A stretch of 64,000 nucleotides of DNA, taken from Tubiluchus corallicola (Eukaryota; Animalia; Priapulida). Location of the stretch: positions 8,660-72,659 of the forward strand of contig JAQGDQ010002366.1 in the NCBI GenBank assembly GCA_030141605.1, given 5' to 3'. The stretch's first letter is position 1; each line of letters begins with the position of its first letter. Position numbers and translations under genes: made by a program. Below are positions 24,464 through 37,231 of this stretch, one piece after another. The notes below the pieces were generated by a model that saw only the letters and a list, made by a program, of their open reading frames with translations, did not search any database and was not told where the DNA came from.

Positions 24464-26930
24464 AATAAAATTTCTCCAGTTGGTAAGGAAAGAAATTCTT
24501 TTCTTACAGTTGTCTGACTCGCACCAGTGTCAACTAAAATGCGACAAACGCGACCGTTTATTGAGCCGCGCACATACAAACCAAGCGCAGGCTGCTTATC
24601 AGCGTTTTTGTTACGAACCGACGCAGAATAATTAATGGTGTAATGCGATGTGGGTACTCCTACGGAGACTGCTCATCTAGTGCGAGTGGCTGGCTGTCTT
24701 TTGGGGGGGGGGGGTAGTCCCAGTACATGGATAATTTTGCCCCATATTTGCAGAAAAACCATTGTTTTGGCAAAAATTATTAGAAAATTGTGCTCTATGG
24801 CGAGTTCGTTGGCCTGTCCAACTATGGGGAGGGGAAGAGCACTGTCTCGCTAAATGCCCAAAACCACCACAATTATAACAAACTGGGCCTCAACCACGAC
24901 CCGTAGGTTTAGGAGACTTATTCTGGCCAACATTTGAACCTCTGCCGTGTTTTTCAGGGGTGCGATTAAGAGCAGATTTGCTAACGTCGCTATTTGGGCT
25001 TTTGGATTTCGAACTGGGGGGCGAGGTAACAGGTAGGTGCTGAACCTTAATCGAGCTTTTGCTTGGGGATTCGTTTTCCCGAATGGACTCAACTGTAAGT
25101 GCAGTAGCTAAAGCACTTGCGAGATCAGGCGGTACACTTTGCTGAATGTGTATTGCTAACTCAGAATCCATTAAACCATCTACGAATTTATGAATTAGCT
25201 GTTTCTCAGCAGTTTTTGTATCAACGGTTGGAAATACACGATGATAAAGAACACGCAATTGCTCAGCGTATTGCCTTAAATCTTCACCAGTGTGGCGTAC
25301 TCTGGCGTTATAATGCGCACGATAAACGCTCTCTCTATTTTGATAGCCGTATCTACGACAAAGAGCCGACGAAAGGACGTCATAGTTGGACCTTTGCGCC
25401 TCAGGAATGACTTCCAGCATGCCCGCAGCACTCCCTTTTAATATTAATGCTAATCGCGCACCAGCCTCGGTGTTGTCCCAGCCATTAGCCCGACGGAGAA
25501 GCTGGAACTGTGCCTCAAAACTTTCCCAAGACACTGTCTCGCCATCAAAAGGTGGTAGACCTCGGAGTGCCTTTTCACCGAGCCGCCCCATGCTGATGTC
25601 ACTCGCCATGTTTGCAGTAGCATTAGCGACATTTTGTGCCACGGTGCTGGTTGCCAACCCTGTTTGTGCAGTAGAACAACCGGAAGTCCGCAAAATGGGC
25701 TCGAAAGACTGGTCTAGATTGCTTAGGCCAGTTTCAAAACGTACACGTGGGGTGCAGCCAGAAGGACCATTTTGAATCTGGCTAGACCCTTGATTTTGAT
25801 GCAGTGCGTCAGCAGTGTCAGTATTCGCCATTACAGGGGTAGAACCCAAAAGAGGCTTCTTTGCCAAAATACCACCTGTTGTAGGCGTCTCTGGTTCGCG
25901 ACATGCGGTAAAATCCAAAATGGCACTGGAAATTGCCTGAGGCAGCGTAGCAACCACATTTCTCAGGTCTTGAAAACTCTCAGAAATACTAGACAACTGT
26001 TGTCTGATTTGATAAGTATCTGACGCGAAATTTTGCCCAAAATTTTGATTACTTGGACTAACTCCCGTGCCCAATGCTGCATTTGGATCGCTAGCCGCGT
26101 GCCCTGAAAGAAAATCAATATTAGACATGCCCCAAGTACTCGCGCTAGGCTGGGAAGCGGAATGTTGTGAAGTAGCAGGTAGCAAAGGTAGCTGACCTTG
26201 GCTTTGCCTACTTGAACATTCAGGTGGCTTCGCTGCATGCTTTTCAGTACAAAGGTTATGCACAGGGCAAGTAACAAAAGGATTAGTTGTATTACAAGCA
26301 CAGATCGACAATACATCCTCATTATTAGTACAACTAACATCAAAACTATAGCAATGTTCCGTAGAATCTAAGGCAGTGCCCCTTAATTCTTGACCATTAG
26401 AAGAATACACACTCTGTTCTAATAGAAAATCGGCAAGCTGACGGTGTTGTAACCGTTCTAAGTCAACATCAACCACAGTACAATAATCGGAATGCCCAGA
26501 TGAGGGTAACATCCCACTTGTTCTGACACCAGTGGACTGCTCTCCGCTTTTAATGGAGGCAGAACGGATGGCACCGCGGCCTACACCGTGCGGCATGTCT
26601 TAAGTAATGAACCAAACCAAAACCAAAATGAATAATAAAAATAAAAGTGACAATTTATTACCAAAAAAAAGAATGTTCCAAATAGCTTACCGAATGGAGC
26701 AAAGCCTGAAGTGTGAACAAAGCTGAGATGAGACGACCACCGACCAGGATCTACAGCAGACCTACCCTTTTTATAAGCTCAGGTGTGCACGTGACTAGTG
26801 GCTCCTATTAACACAAGGTCAGAATAAGAGTCTATGTGCTAGATAAAGCCACGTTCATACGCACACCTGAGAAGTCTGCTGTATTCCCCTGCCAGTATTA
26901 CACTATCTGATCACAGCCCTGCAGTACAAT
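24464..26930 (-). mobile_element. Truncated Ty3/Gypsy LTR retrotransposon (putative LTR/5'UTR, gag, CCHC knuckle, start of protease)
   Basis: Minus strand: gag ORF, then CYNCGGFGHLARQC (24839-24880) in frame after a TGA, then the aspartic protease motif ILVDTGAS (DTGAS 24517-24531), cut off by satellite. TATAAAA lies upstream near 26770-26776. The LTR limit is a guess. Confidence 0.85.
24890..26596 (-). CDS. Gypsy-type Gag (capsid) ORF, 568 aa, with a long S/T/Q-rich N-terminal region
   Basis: Retrotransposon gag pattern PPFDGETVSWESFEAQF..ANGW..LKGSA..YDVLSSALCRRYG..GEDLRQYAEQLRVL..KFVDGL. Confidence 0.85.
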   Translation of the reverse strand: MPHGVGRGAIRSASIKSGEQSTGVRTSGMLPSSGHSDYCTVVDVDLERLQHRQLADFLLEQSVYSSNGQELRGTALDSTEHCYSFDVSCTNNEDVLSICACNTTNPFVTCPVHNLCTEKHAAKPPECSSRQSQGQLPLLPATSQHSASQPSASTWGMSNIDFLSGHAASDPNAALGTGVSPSNQNFGQNFASDTYQIRQQLSSISESFQDLRNVVATLPQAISSAILDFTACREPETPTTGGILAKKPLLGSTPVMANTDTADALHQNQGSSQIQNGPSGCTPRVRFETGLSNLDQSFEPILRTSGCSTAQTGLATSTVAQNVANATANMASDISMGRLGEKALRGLPPFDGETVSWESFEAQFQLLRRANGWDNTEAGARLALILKGSAAGMLEVIPEAQRSNYDVLSSALCRRYGYQNRESVYRAHYNARVRHTGEDLRQYAEQLRVLYHRVFPTVDTKTAEKQLIHKFVDGLMDSELAIHIQQSVPPDLASALATALTVESIRENESPSKSSIKVQHLPVTSPPSSKSKSPNSDVSKSALNRTPEKHGRGSNVGQNKSPKPTGRG

Positions 26931-27029
26931 ATGCATATATATAGATATATTAAGTTTGATTTAGTATTATGTCTAGAGAGCAGGACATTGCTCGAGATTT
27001 TAGATTTTGTTGTTTACCTGGTAAAGAGC

Positions 27030-29742
27030 ATAGGGATGAATGCAAATATTTTACACAATTTCAATATAAAAACGCTTATAAGTAAAGCAACACTAATTAC
27101 ATTTTAGGAAAACATAATGGAGAGGTAGTTAAATAGGCTTATGTAAAATCTTCGCCAAAGTTAGCTCGGGATTTAATTAAAGAGAATAGGACGATTCTCG
27201 ATTCCATCCTTTACAGAATCCTGGCTTAATGAACAGAATAAAGACCACTTTTCAATAAAACATTACAATCATTACTCATAAATACGCAAAGACAGACCAG
27301 CTGGAGAGATTTCCTTGTATCTGAAGGATGATCTAAACAGTAAACTTCGTAATGATTTATACTGTTTATGTAAACAAATCTAGGAATTATTGTTTGTTGA
27401 AATTACTCAAGAACATGCAAAAATATTTTAGTTGAAGCATCATACAGACTTTTTGGAACTAGTAGCCCAGCATTCCTTGATGATTCAAGTAATCTTCTTT
27501 CTAAAATAATGAATGAAAACAAACACCTTTTCTTGTGGCAACTTCAACTTGAACTTGCTAAGCTTTGACTTGTATGAATGAACTGAATTTTTCTCAAATG
27601 TCTGCTTATCAACCATTGTATCACGTAATTACTAAACCAGAAAAAATTACTGCTTATACGCATAAACTTTAATCGATAATATTTTTACAAACTGTGTATT
27701 AAACAATAACTTAACCTCTGACATTCTCTGCAGTGATTTATCTGACCATTTTCCCGTTTATTTAATAACCACTTTAAAATTAACACTTCATTCGAAACCA
27801 ACAGTTTCAAAATATGGAATCTTTAATAATAGCACCATCGCAGTCTTTCAGTGTAAACTATCATCCCATGACCGGTCCTATGTCTTTTACATACAGAATC
27901 CTGACACCGTATTTCAATTGTTCTTCGAAGACTAATACAATATTTACCATAATAGCTTTCCAGTAGTCACAAAAATAATAAAACCACGGATAATTAAACA
28001 AGCCGTGGTTAACAAGTTGGTTAGTACAGACAATTAAACACAAAAATAAATTATATAAGTTTAAATTAAAAAACCCTACTCTTCTCAGCATTGCCATTTA
28101 TAAAACATACAGGAATAATTTGACGTCAGTCCTAAGAAAAGCCGAAAAAGCTGAATAATATAAGAAAAACATGGAAAATTTTTCCATGGCCATAAACATA
28201 AAAAGATTCATATCATATTGAACAATCACATTTCAAACATTCACAACACAATCCAATGAAATCAAAGAATTATCCGACGGCGTTAATAACTACTTTGTAA
28301 ATGTAGGATCATCTCTTGCAGACAAGATCTCATATTTACCAAATGGATGCAGGGGTTCTATGCAGTTGCTTCCAATTCTTTTTCGACAGGTACAGACCAA
28401 GGCCCTCTGAAAATATCCAAGTTAGTAATGACAAGTGATAAACCCCAGTTCCAAAATTACAGACCTATTTCATTTCTTCCCCGTTTTCCAAAATTCCTGA
28501 AAGATTAGTGTGTAATAGACCTTTAAGTTTCATCAATAAAAACAATATACTATATCTCAAGCAACTATGTTTTAGATAAAATCACTATACCTAAATGACT
28601 TTACTTAAACTTATTGACTTAATATTAAATGCAATTGACAACAATGAATTTACAATTGGTATCTTTATTGATTTTTCTAAGGCTTTGGTACTATTGACCA
28701 TAAAATACTCTTAGCTAAATTAAACAACTATGGTATCAGGGGTCTGACTTTACATAACAGAAAGCAGTTAGTACTAATAGATAATACACTTTATTCTATG
28801 AAGCAAATTAATTATGGTGTCTCCCAAAGATTAATTTTAGGTCTGCTGATTAATTTCTTTGCTGATGATGTCAACGTCTTCTATTGTCACTCAAATTACG
28901 AAATAATGGTAAATACTATTAACCAAGTACTTGTACACTTGGCAAGAACATCGTAAGTTTACCAAAAGTAAAATCTCCAAAATCGTAGATATTATATACA
29001 GTGTTAAACACATATTGTCCAAATCACTTCGCTTTTTTACCAAATGCTAATTATTTGAACATTGCTTGGGGAGCACGTATACGACTAGATTGAAAAAACA
29101 TCAAGTGATTCAGAAAAAATAGTGCGAGCAATAACCTTTTCAAGCCATACGGAGATCACACACGCCACCAATATTTAAACGGCTAAATTTTCTAAATATT
29201 CATGACATTAATAAGTTCCAAACTGCGATCTTCATGTAAAAATTCACTCAACTATTGCCACCCTTATTTAATGATTATTTTTGTTTGAATGCTGAAATAC
29301 ATAATTATAATACACGATGTAGACTTAACTATCACTGCATACACAATATAACTGGTTACTACATCACGGCTTTTGTTTTCATTTTCAACAAATTACGCTC
29401 TAGGGTAAACTTTAGCTCTGATCTGTATATATGTAGCGTACACCTCCATATAGTCTATTCAAGTGTTGCCTCCTCCACAAATGCCTTGTGAATATGTGTA
29501 CATTTTTCATTTCTTTTCCTACCGTTCAGTTTATTTCGTAATTATGAATTATTACTAACACCCATTATAATTCTTTCATACGTTTCCGTAAAATGTTATT
29601 AATAAATATATTTTCATTATTAATCCACTGCTAAAATTAATATTTGTGTCTGTACTTGCTTTAAGAACTACTATTAATTTATGCACTTCATGATGTCAAA
29701 GCATCTGTTGTTTACCTGGCGAGATGAAATGAATTGAATTGA
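27030..29742 (+). mobile_element. Degenerate L2/CR1-group LINE (APE-RT)
   Basis: Frameshifted motifs in order: TESWL (~27213), SDHFP (~27741), KPWLT (~28000), NYRPIS (~28456), GIFIDFSKA (~28658), GVSQ..ILG (~28816), FADD (~28858), HNYNTR (~29300); 3' tail AAATGAATTGAATTGAA. The 5' limit is approximate. Confidence 0.85.
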
Positions 29743-29874
29743 AGAAAATTGATTGTAAAAATAGGAAATTGCAGTAGCTAAAGTGAGAAGTCAAACGTAA
29801 TTAAGTTTAGCAGATATTTTGTGACTAAAGTAAAATAACTTTCACCAACATTGCAAACTAATGCTTATAAAACT

Positions 29875-29880
29875 TTTATT
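29875..29880 (-). promoter_or_regulatory. Candidate polyadenylation signal for the K+ channel transcript
   Basis: AATAAA on the minus strand ~530 bp past the predicted stop. The region is AT-rich, so this is weak on its own. Confidence 0.3.
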
Positions 29881-30404
29881 ATAAACATATTATATACATA
29901 AATTGTAATCCCCGTAATTAAGTTATACCAACTGTGAACATGAAATACTGGTAAATAATTAAATTTAATAATCATTTTAGGCAAACAGAAATTTGTTACT
30001 ATCCTTCGTTTTTAGTATTTAATTTAATTAAAACAGTCACAAAATCAAGTTAAAAATGAATCTGGCTATAAAAACAACATAATAGGCCGTTAGTTACTTC
30101 TTGTAGGATGATTAGCAACTTTGCGGGGCTTTTTAGCGTTCTAATGTCAATAATTGTCCACAACCAATTGCTTACGAGATAGAAGATTGAGTGCTTAAGA
30201 AGATTAATAAATCCTATAAACATTTCCACAAGCTAACACAATCACAACTACATGAAGAACTAAGTTTGTATTCTCCCCTTTCAGCAATAATTGGCGACTC
30301 TTTCACACAACAACAATACAATATTGCTCCTAAGGATACTACAGCGACAAAGTCACATTTTCTGCTAAACACTGTAAGTACTAGCAGATTAAACTATTTT
30401 TGTA

Positions 30405-30523
30405 CTAAACATAATCAACTCTTCCATAAGAAGATTTTGCTCTGACGTGTTTTACTGTTCTGTCAGGTGGCGGTACTATGGTGTCTCCGCGCACCAGTCT
30501 CCGGCCTTTCGACGTACTGAAAA
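30405..30523 (-). CDS. Predicted terminal coding exon of the Shaw/Kv3 channel (..VFSTSKGRRLVRGDTIVPPPDRTVKHVRAKSSYGRVDYV*)
   Basis: Acceptor TTTTGTTTACAG; phase-1 entry gives an open frame to TAG at 30405-30407; GC-richer than the flanks. Confidence 0.6.
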
Positions 30524-31140
30524 CTGTAAACAAAATTGAAAAATAAGTTTCCTCGATTGCAAAAAATGGTTAATCTCAAAGAGCAGCCTGTAGCTCTAGA
30601 TAAATAATTTGATTGAATCAAAACAGTGCTTTATTGCCTGAACATTTAATGTATCCAAATTATCTAAGTTTCTAAATATCCTGCGTAAAAAACCTCTAGT
30701 GTCTAAACAGCTTCATACTTTAAGGGTTATTTGAGTCAAAATGTTGGCGCAATGTTGTTAAATCATTGTTGCTTTTCGTTGACTAAATTCTTTGGACGCA
30801 AGCATGACGCTCAATTACCTCGCTTAGGAACATTATCGTTCAAAATTGAAAAAAGTCATAATAAGGGATATGCTTGCTGGAATGAATATTTAAGCATACT
30901 GTTTACTGTGATTTTACAGATAGTGAAAGTGATTGTTATCAAATAGACAGGCATTTAAATATTGGCTACTAGTTGCTATTATACATAATGCTGAATGAGA
31001 GATGCTTATCGCGATATATGCCAATAACGCAATTTCAAAAACCATAAAAAATACTAGCTGGTAAGCGAAGACAGGTATTGTGGTATTGTAAAAATTACTG
31101 CTAAAAGTAAATATCATAATTGATTTTGTGGTGAGTTTAC

Positions 31141-31536
31141 CTGCAGGATAACCAAGGATAGTTTTACCTCTTCTTCTGGGATGTGACCAGTTTGTTGTAC
31201 AAGCATGCATTTCCTTTTTCGGTAAACTTTTCTGTGCCTTGTGAGCAGCATCGGGAGTTGAGGAGCTCCTCTGGCGAGTTTGCACATATTCATCTTTATT
31301 GCCTCTCGGACATAGCAACGACTCATTTTTCATGAATTGGCTGTCACCTGACTGATGTTCATTTCGTTCTTGAACTTCGTATGAAGTTCGTTTAACACAA
31401 CTTTTCCGAAGGAATCCTGTTTCCTTACTGATATCTTTGACAATAGACTGTTCACTATAAGACTTACTGCGTGGATTAAGTGTTTTCTCCCTTTTAACTT
31501 GTTCGTTTTCTGTCTTGTAAAGAGCATCAGTTTTTA
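31141..31536 (-). CDS. Predicted internal exon of the Shaw/Kv3 cytoplasmic C-terminus (VKTDALYK...ILGYPA)
   Basis: Acceptor TTTGTTTGTTTTAG, donor GCAG|GTAAAC, open frame within ORF 30914..31561, phase 1 in and phase 1 out. Confidence 0.65.
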
Positions 31537-31809
31537 CTAAAACAAACAAAAAATTGTTCACACAATTTGTAAAATATAATGGAAACTTATGTTAAAACTT
31601 GAAAACAAATCTATCACTTGTTATTGATATTAGTTTTCATATCGTTTTTATTTATGTGCACTACAGTTTGATTTAGCTGATGCCGTGTTGGCGCAATGGC
31701 TTTGTTGTCTGCTGGAATTTGTTCAGTTTTTTTGCTTCTGTTAGTTGTGTGATGAGGGTTACAGGGATTTGGAAACGGGATTTTGATACAGACTATCTCT
31801 ACACAAGCA

Positions 31810-31945
31810 TTTTAGACATAGACAATTTTGGACACAGGCCGTTTGTGGGACACATAAGCCATTTGGACACATAGGACATTTGGACACAGGGTAATTTGGA
31901 CAATAGGACATTTGGACCCAAGGTAATTTGGACACAGGACATGGT
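31810..31945. repeat. 17-18 bp minisatellite (GGACATTTGGACACA-like), copy 1
   Basis: Repeated (G)ACATTTGGACAC / GTAATTTGGACA units. Confidence 0.8.
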
Positions 31946-32135
31946 GATTTAGCTAAACTTATGGGTGTACAAATAACTAAAGATTTAACATGGAACATCC
32001 ATATTCATTCAATGTACAGTAAAGCAAGTAAAAGAATTTATCTTTTGTGACTAAAAGAGCTGGGAAATCTCCTAATGATACGATAAAAATGTACCACGCC
32101 CATGTACATTTGTTGAATACACTTATCAGGTATGA

Positions 32136-32358
<223 letters not shown>

Positions 32359-33197
32359 TTGTAAGGAACTGTTCAAAGAACTCATTCAAAATGATTTTTC
32401 CAAATGAAAATCAAGTAAATGCTGTAATTTTGGCTAATCTTCAAACTTTATTTACTCGTCGCGAAAATTCTTGTAAAAGTTGGCTCCTGGCAATTCAAAA
32501 ACCATAATAATGTAATCCACACTACTACCAGATACCCGTACTCATAGATATGGTATACTCGCCGCCAGCTAAAATACCCTTTACATAAATGCAGAACAGA
32601 GAGATCAAGAACAGTTTTATTGTATATGGTTCTGTATATTCTAACTTTCTTATGCTTTTACATTTCCACATAACCACAATTAAACAAAACTGAATTAAAT
32701 AACACTGAAGATTTAACTGGAAAGAGATTTAAATATCACAAGGCCTAAACTAGCTGTGACAAGATTTTAAACAAATTAACGAAAAACAGAATGAAGAAAT
32801 ATAGACTGATACCTAACTTGCCATTTAGTGGGTAGTAGGAGAACTCTAAATCTGATAGAAGAAACACAAGCACAAGAACCACCAACCCTGCACAACCCGA
32901 TTACCACTGTAGCTCCAAAGTACAGCAGGTTTTCACCCTCCTTTTATAACCTACCCCAAACTAGCGTACATGTCAGAAATACAGCCGAAATGAAACTTGT
33001 TTGGTTGAAAGCAAAAAGGTGTGAAGATTTAGCCAATAAAAGCCAAAATATTTGTAAAAGAATAATTTAGAAGACTTAGGTTTGAACTACTGGTACTTTT
33101 AGGGGTGACATGCAACACTAGTTTGGTAACTTTGGAATAAAGGTAGAGGTTGTGCAGAACGGGCCGCGCAAGCGCCTGCACTACGATAGTTATATAT

Positions 33198-33400
33198 ATT
33201 TGGACATATAGGACATTTGGATACAAAGTAATTTAGACAGTAAGACATTTGGACACAATGTAATTTCGACACGTTGAACATTTGGATACAAGGTGATTAG
33301 GAGACAAGTTATATAGACATGTAAGCTGTTCAGACGCAAGAGGCTTTTTGCACAGGATATTTAGAAACGCAGATAATTTGGATACAGTAAGTCTTTAGAC
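33198..33400. repeat. 17-18 bp minisatellite, copy 2 (diverged)
   Basis: ATTTGGACATATAGGACATTTGGATACA...GACATTTGGACACA units. Confidence 0.7.
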
Positions 33401-33899
33401 ACCAAAGCGCATTTAGATTCGCAAGGAGATCATATCATTTAGCAACTTTGGTTATTTAGCTTACTTTGTACTTGTAGTGGCTGAATTTAAGCAACTTTTT
33501 GCAAAATTGAAGGAGTTTCTATTGACTAAAAACCATAGATTAAACAGATGACGTATTATCTATTTTGAAAAATCCCTTTCTCGCTAACTAGAATTCACCT
33601 CCTCCAACAGTAACTGCAGTCTGCAGGTCACAAGTATGTAAATATAAGGGGTTTTTTAATAGTATGCGGATATCCGGATGTGGTAACGGTAGCTTCACCG
33701 TAGCTGCGGCGATTGCAGCCGATACAGCGAGATTTTTTGCTGCAACTTTTAATGCTGAAAACTTTTAAATCAAAAACCGAAATCTAATGTGCATTTAAGT
33801 GTGTGACACATAGATTAAGTTGTGTAGGTAGCAATTAAGACTAAATCATGAACATCTGCACAAAAAGGTTTTACTGAAAGATTTTTCTTTACAAGTTAG

Positions 33900-34550
33900 T
33901 TCATACAGGGTATTTATCATGCGATAAAGAATTTTCCCGGACTCAGTTGCCCCCAGATGATGAATAAAATTTGGCGTTCTCGCCACGGTTATATCGGACA
34001 CTGATATAAGAAGTTTTTTTGGAGGAGTTATATTGGTAGGATGAGGCCAAACTAGGAGAGTATTAGTTTATGGGACAATCGGCACAAACTTAGATTAACT
34101 AAAATAGGTTCTGCGCTTTGTTCCACTATTCAAACTAACCGCAGCTGTATTATATACAAATTTACTTCAAGCTTTGCAGATTTTCGAAAATGCGGGAGGA
34201 CAATGCGTGGCTATAATGTCTGGTAATCATTCAGCAAATCGACAAGTACATGAAACACTGCGTAAAACTCTAAACACTTCAGATGTCATATTCAAAATAG
34301 TCTACCCAATCCCAAATAATCAGAGTAAAGATTTGAATCTCCTGTTTGATCCTGTGTCTTAAAAATGACTTTAAAATGTCAGAAACAAATTGGTCTCTGA
34401 AAAGACTCAAACACTGGTGTTTTTTCCTCCCGGAAAAGAGAGTCCTGTGGCTGCCAAATGGACGGATTCAGTTAGTATTTACAACAAAGACAACCCTTTC
34501 ACAACATACTTTATTTCCATCTAACTTTGATTGGCAGAAAGGTTGTGCAG
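33900..34550 (+). mobile_element. Degenerate P-element/THAP9-like transposase remnant
   Basis: Fragments MSGNHSANR, LLFDPV followed by a frameshifted ..RN.W and LFPSNFDWQK resemble P-transposase SDN..N / LFDPVHLLK..RNNW / PTNFERQK blocks. Boundaries are approximate. Confidence 0.5.
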
Positions 34551-34554
34551 ACAT

Positions 34555-34778
34555 TTCGCCATAAGATATTTGGACACATAGGTTATTTGGACGCAAGGCA
34601 CTTTTGACACCTAGGTCATTTGGACACAAGGACATTTGGAAACCTAGGACATTTGAACACATAGGAGCTTTGGACACAAGGAAATTTGGAAACATAGGTC
34701 ATTTGAACACATAGAAAATTTGGACACATAAGACATTTGGACACAAAACTACTTTGACACATAGGTCATTTGGACTAA
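34555..34778. repeat. 17-18 bp minisatellite, copy 3 (about 12 units)
   Basis: GGTCATTTGGACACAA / GGACATTTGAACACATA units in tandem. Confidence 0.85.
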
Positions 34779-35297
34779 AAGAAAGAAATGGTTTACAAGG
34801 CGTAAAGGTTTTCTTAGGAGACATGCATACTAAATGAAACGGGAAGGTGCATTTTGAAGTTCTTTTTCAACCCCCTAGTGCTGCACACTATTTGAAACAT
34901 CCATTGTCTTTGAGTATGAGAAATGTCATGGCTGTTCCAGGCATTGTCTTCACCCGCCATTCTAATGTGTTATAGATTGTACACGTAAGATATATCTGTT
35001 AGCCTTTTATTATCAGAAAAACGGTAAGCAAAACTGTGTAGAATGTCTGTGCATTTGTGCATTATTGATAATTGGTGGATGGCACACAGTTCCAATATGC
35101 GTTTTGTATATGATACTGTGCTGTTGGTGTTGGTGTTGGCGTTGCAGGTGCCATCATCGTCGCCATCAGCATGATCATCGTCATTACATATGATGTAATG
35201 GGTTTGGTGGGGTGCATGTGTTGTGGTGTTGTGGGTGAGGTATGGTGTGATTGGTGGCTTGGCTAGTCTTATAATTAATTTCGGTGGTATAAGGCTT

Positions 35298-35410
35298 TAT
35301 AATACGATTCGAGGCTACAGCTTGTGTGAAGGCAGCATTATTGGCAATGTATAATATAATACGATTCGAGGCTACAGCTTGTGTGAAGGCAGCATTATTG
35401 GCAATGTATA
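35298..35410. repeat. 58-bp direct repeat resembling the element terminus at 36067
   Basis: TATAATACGATTCGAGGCTACAGCTTGTGTGAAGGCAGCATTATTGGCAATGTATA occurs at 35298 and 35356. Confidence 0.85.
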
Positions 35411-35998
35411 TATCAAACGAAAAGTTTCGATCCAGTCCTTTACTATTGGATTTTTATTTTTCGGATCGGGGCCATTGGGAGAAATGGGGGTAGAAGAAAA
35501 AAACCTCCTAAAATGGCCTTTTTGCCCGTTTTTTGCAAAATTTATATCTCTTATTTCAAAGATCGGGAACGAACCGGTGCTTCTAATGGTTGGTTAGTCT
35601 GTTCAGCGATGGGTGTAGTCGGTGCATTTAGAATTAACGGAAGAACCACGGTTTCCCGTAACGGACGTTTCCCCAGGCCCAACTCTTGATTTTTTGGAAA
35701 TTTTGTCAGAACACCATGTAAAAAAAGTACTAGCGGCATCTGGTGGAATTGGGAGAAGATATACAGTTCTACGAGTTTTTCGCTTGTAAAACTGCTGAAG
35801 CATTGCATTGTTCTGACATCAATCCACTGCATATAATTCAGCAAAAGCGGCTGAACACGATGTAGAACGCTCGGGCATTACTAACTGTAAGTACATTTAT
35901 ATGCAAAATTCTTGCGCGGCCTTGGCTGGTCTTATAATCAATTTCGGTGGTATTAGATAGCATATATATATATGACCCTTCATTTGATATATGGCGAG

Positions 35999-36098
35999 GT
36001 CATGGGAGCTGTAGCCTTGCTCGAATCTTATATATATATAATATAATATATATATATATATATATATAAGATTCGAGCAAGGCTACAGCTCCCATGAC
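35999..36098. repeat. Palindrome: perfect 32-bp arms around a (TA)n spacer; likely abutting termini of non-autonomous elements
   Basis: GTCATGGGAGCTGTAGCCTTGCTCGAATCTTA (35999-36030) is the reverse complement of 36067-36098. Looser symmetry extends to TTCATTTGATAT / ATATCAAATGAA. Confidence 0.9.
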
Positions 36099-37231
36099 AG
36101 CAGCACATATCAAATGAAAGAGCTCGATCCAGTCCTTTGCCATTGCGGGTTTATTTTTATAATAAGAGGAAAGGGGCAAACCCCCCCAAAATTGCCCCCT
36201 TTTTGCTCGCTCGTTTTTTGTACAAAACTGATACCTCTTATTTCTAGAGATCTTGTTTGGTAAGTAAGTAAAAGTAGGTAAATGTTTTTTTATAAAAAAG
36301 TTTCATTCTCTCCATGTCTGCTTTACAATTAAGAAGTTACTAGCATAAATTGAGAACAATAAATAAACAAACCAAGTTACATTTCAATTTAAAATACAGC
36401 TGTTAACAAACTTACAATTCATCAAACAAAAACTTTAATGAAGACAAATTCTTGGATACTAAAATATGTATAAAACAGAGTAAAATTTCTGTATTAAATA
36501 AATTTAAAATGAAAATAAGACCAAAAGGAGTACACTATTTTACTACCCAATGATCCGCGTGATAATTAATGAAATAAAAACTATTTAAAATTAATAAAAT
36601 CTAGGAGCACATATAAAAATTGACCGGCACCCAAGACACCTGGCGCCCACTAACAACAGCTATAACCTGATGTCACCACTTATTTGACAGTCTTTTACTT
36701 ATTTATTTTATTTTATTCACACCCAGTAGTAAAATACAGTCTACACAAAAAAAAGAATAAAACACATAGGCAAAAAACATACAAATAAAATATTTACAAG
36801 AGTGTGGTAAAGACACAAAGAGATTAACTGCTTACATGTGTCTATTGTGTACTTATGCATTTAGGGAATTTATGCAAGTTAACTTTATATAAGTGGCTTT
36901 TAAACAACTTAATATTTAGTGCAGCTACGAGGGTGCACCATCAATATATGCAGACAATGAGTTCCAAATCGGTACAACATGATTTGAGAAAAATTGACCA
37001 AATGATACTTTAGCTGTTCGACGCACGAAAAGCTTCAAAGAATGACTTTGTCTTGTTCTATTGCAAGATACTCTGGTAAAAAATTTGACAAAATCAAAAT
37101 CAACTTCTCTATGAAGAATTTGGTAGAATAAAGCTAAATCTTTTTGAATGCGTCTCTCTTCTAAAGACTTTAAATGTAGAACCTTCAGACGCTTAGGATA
37201 TGGCATATACATTAAATTACATCTATAAAAT

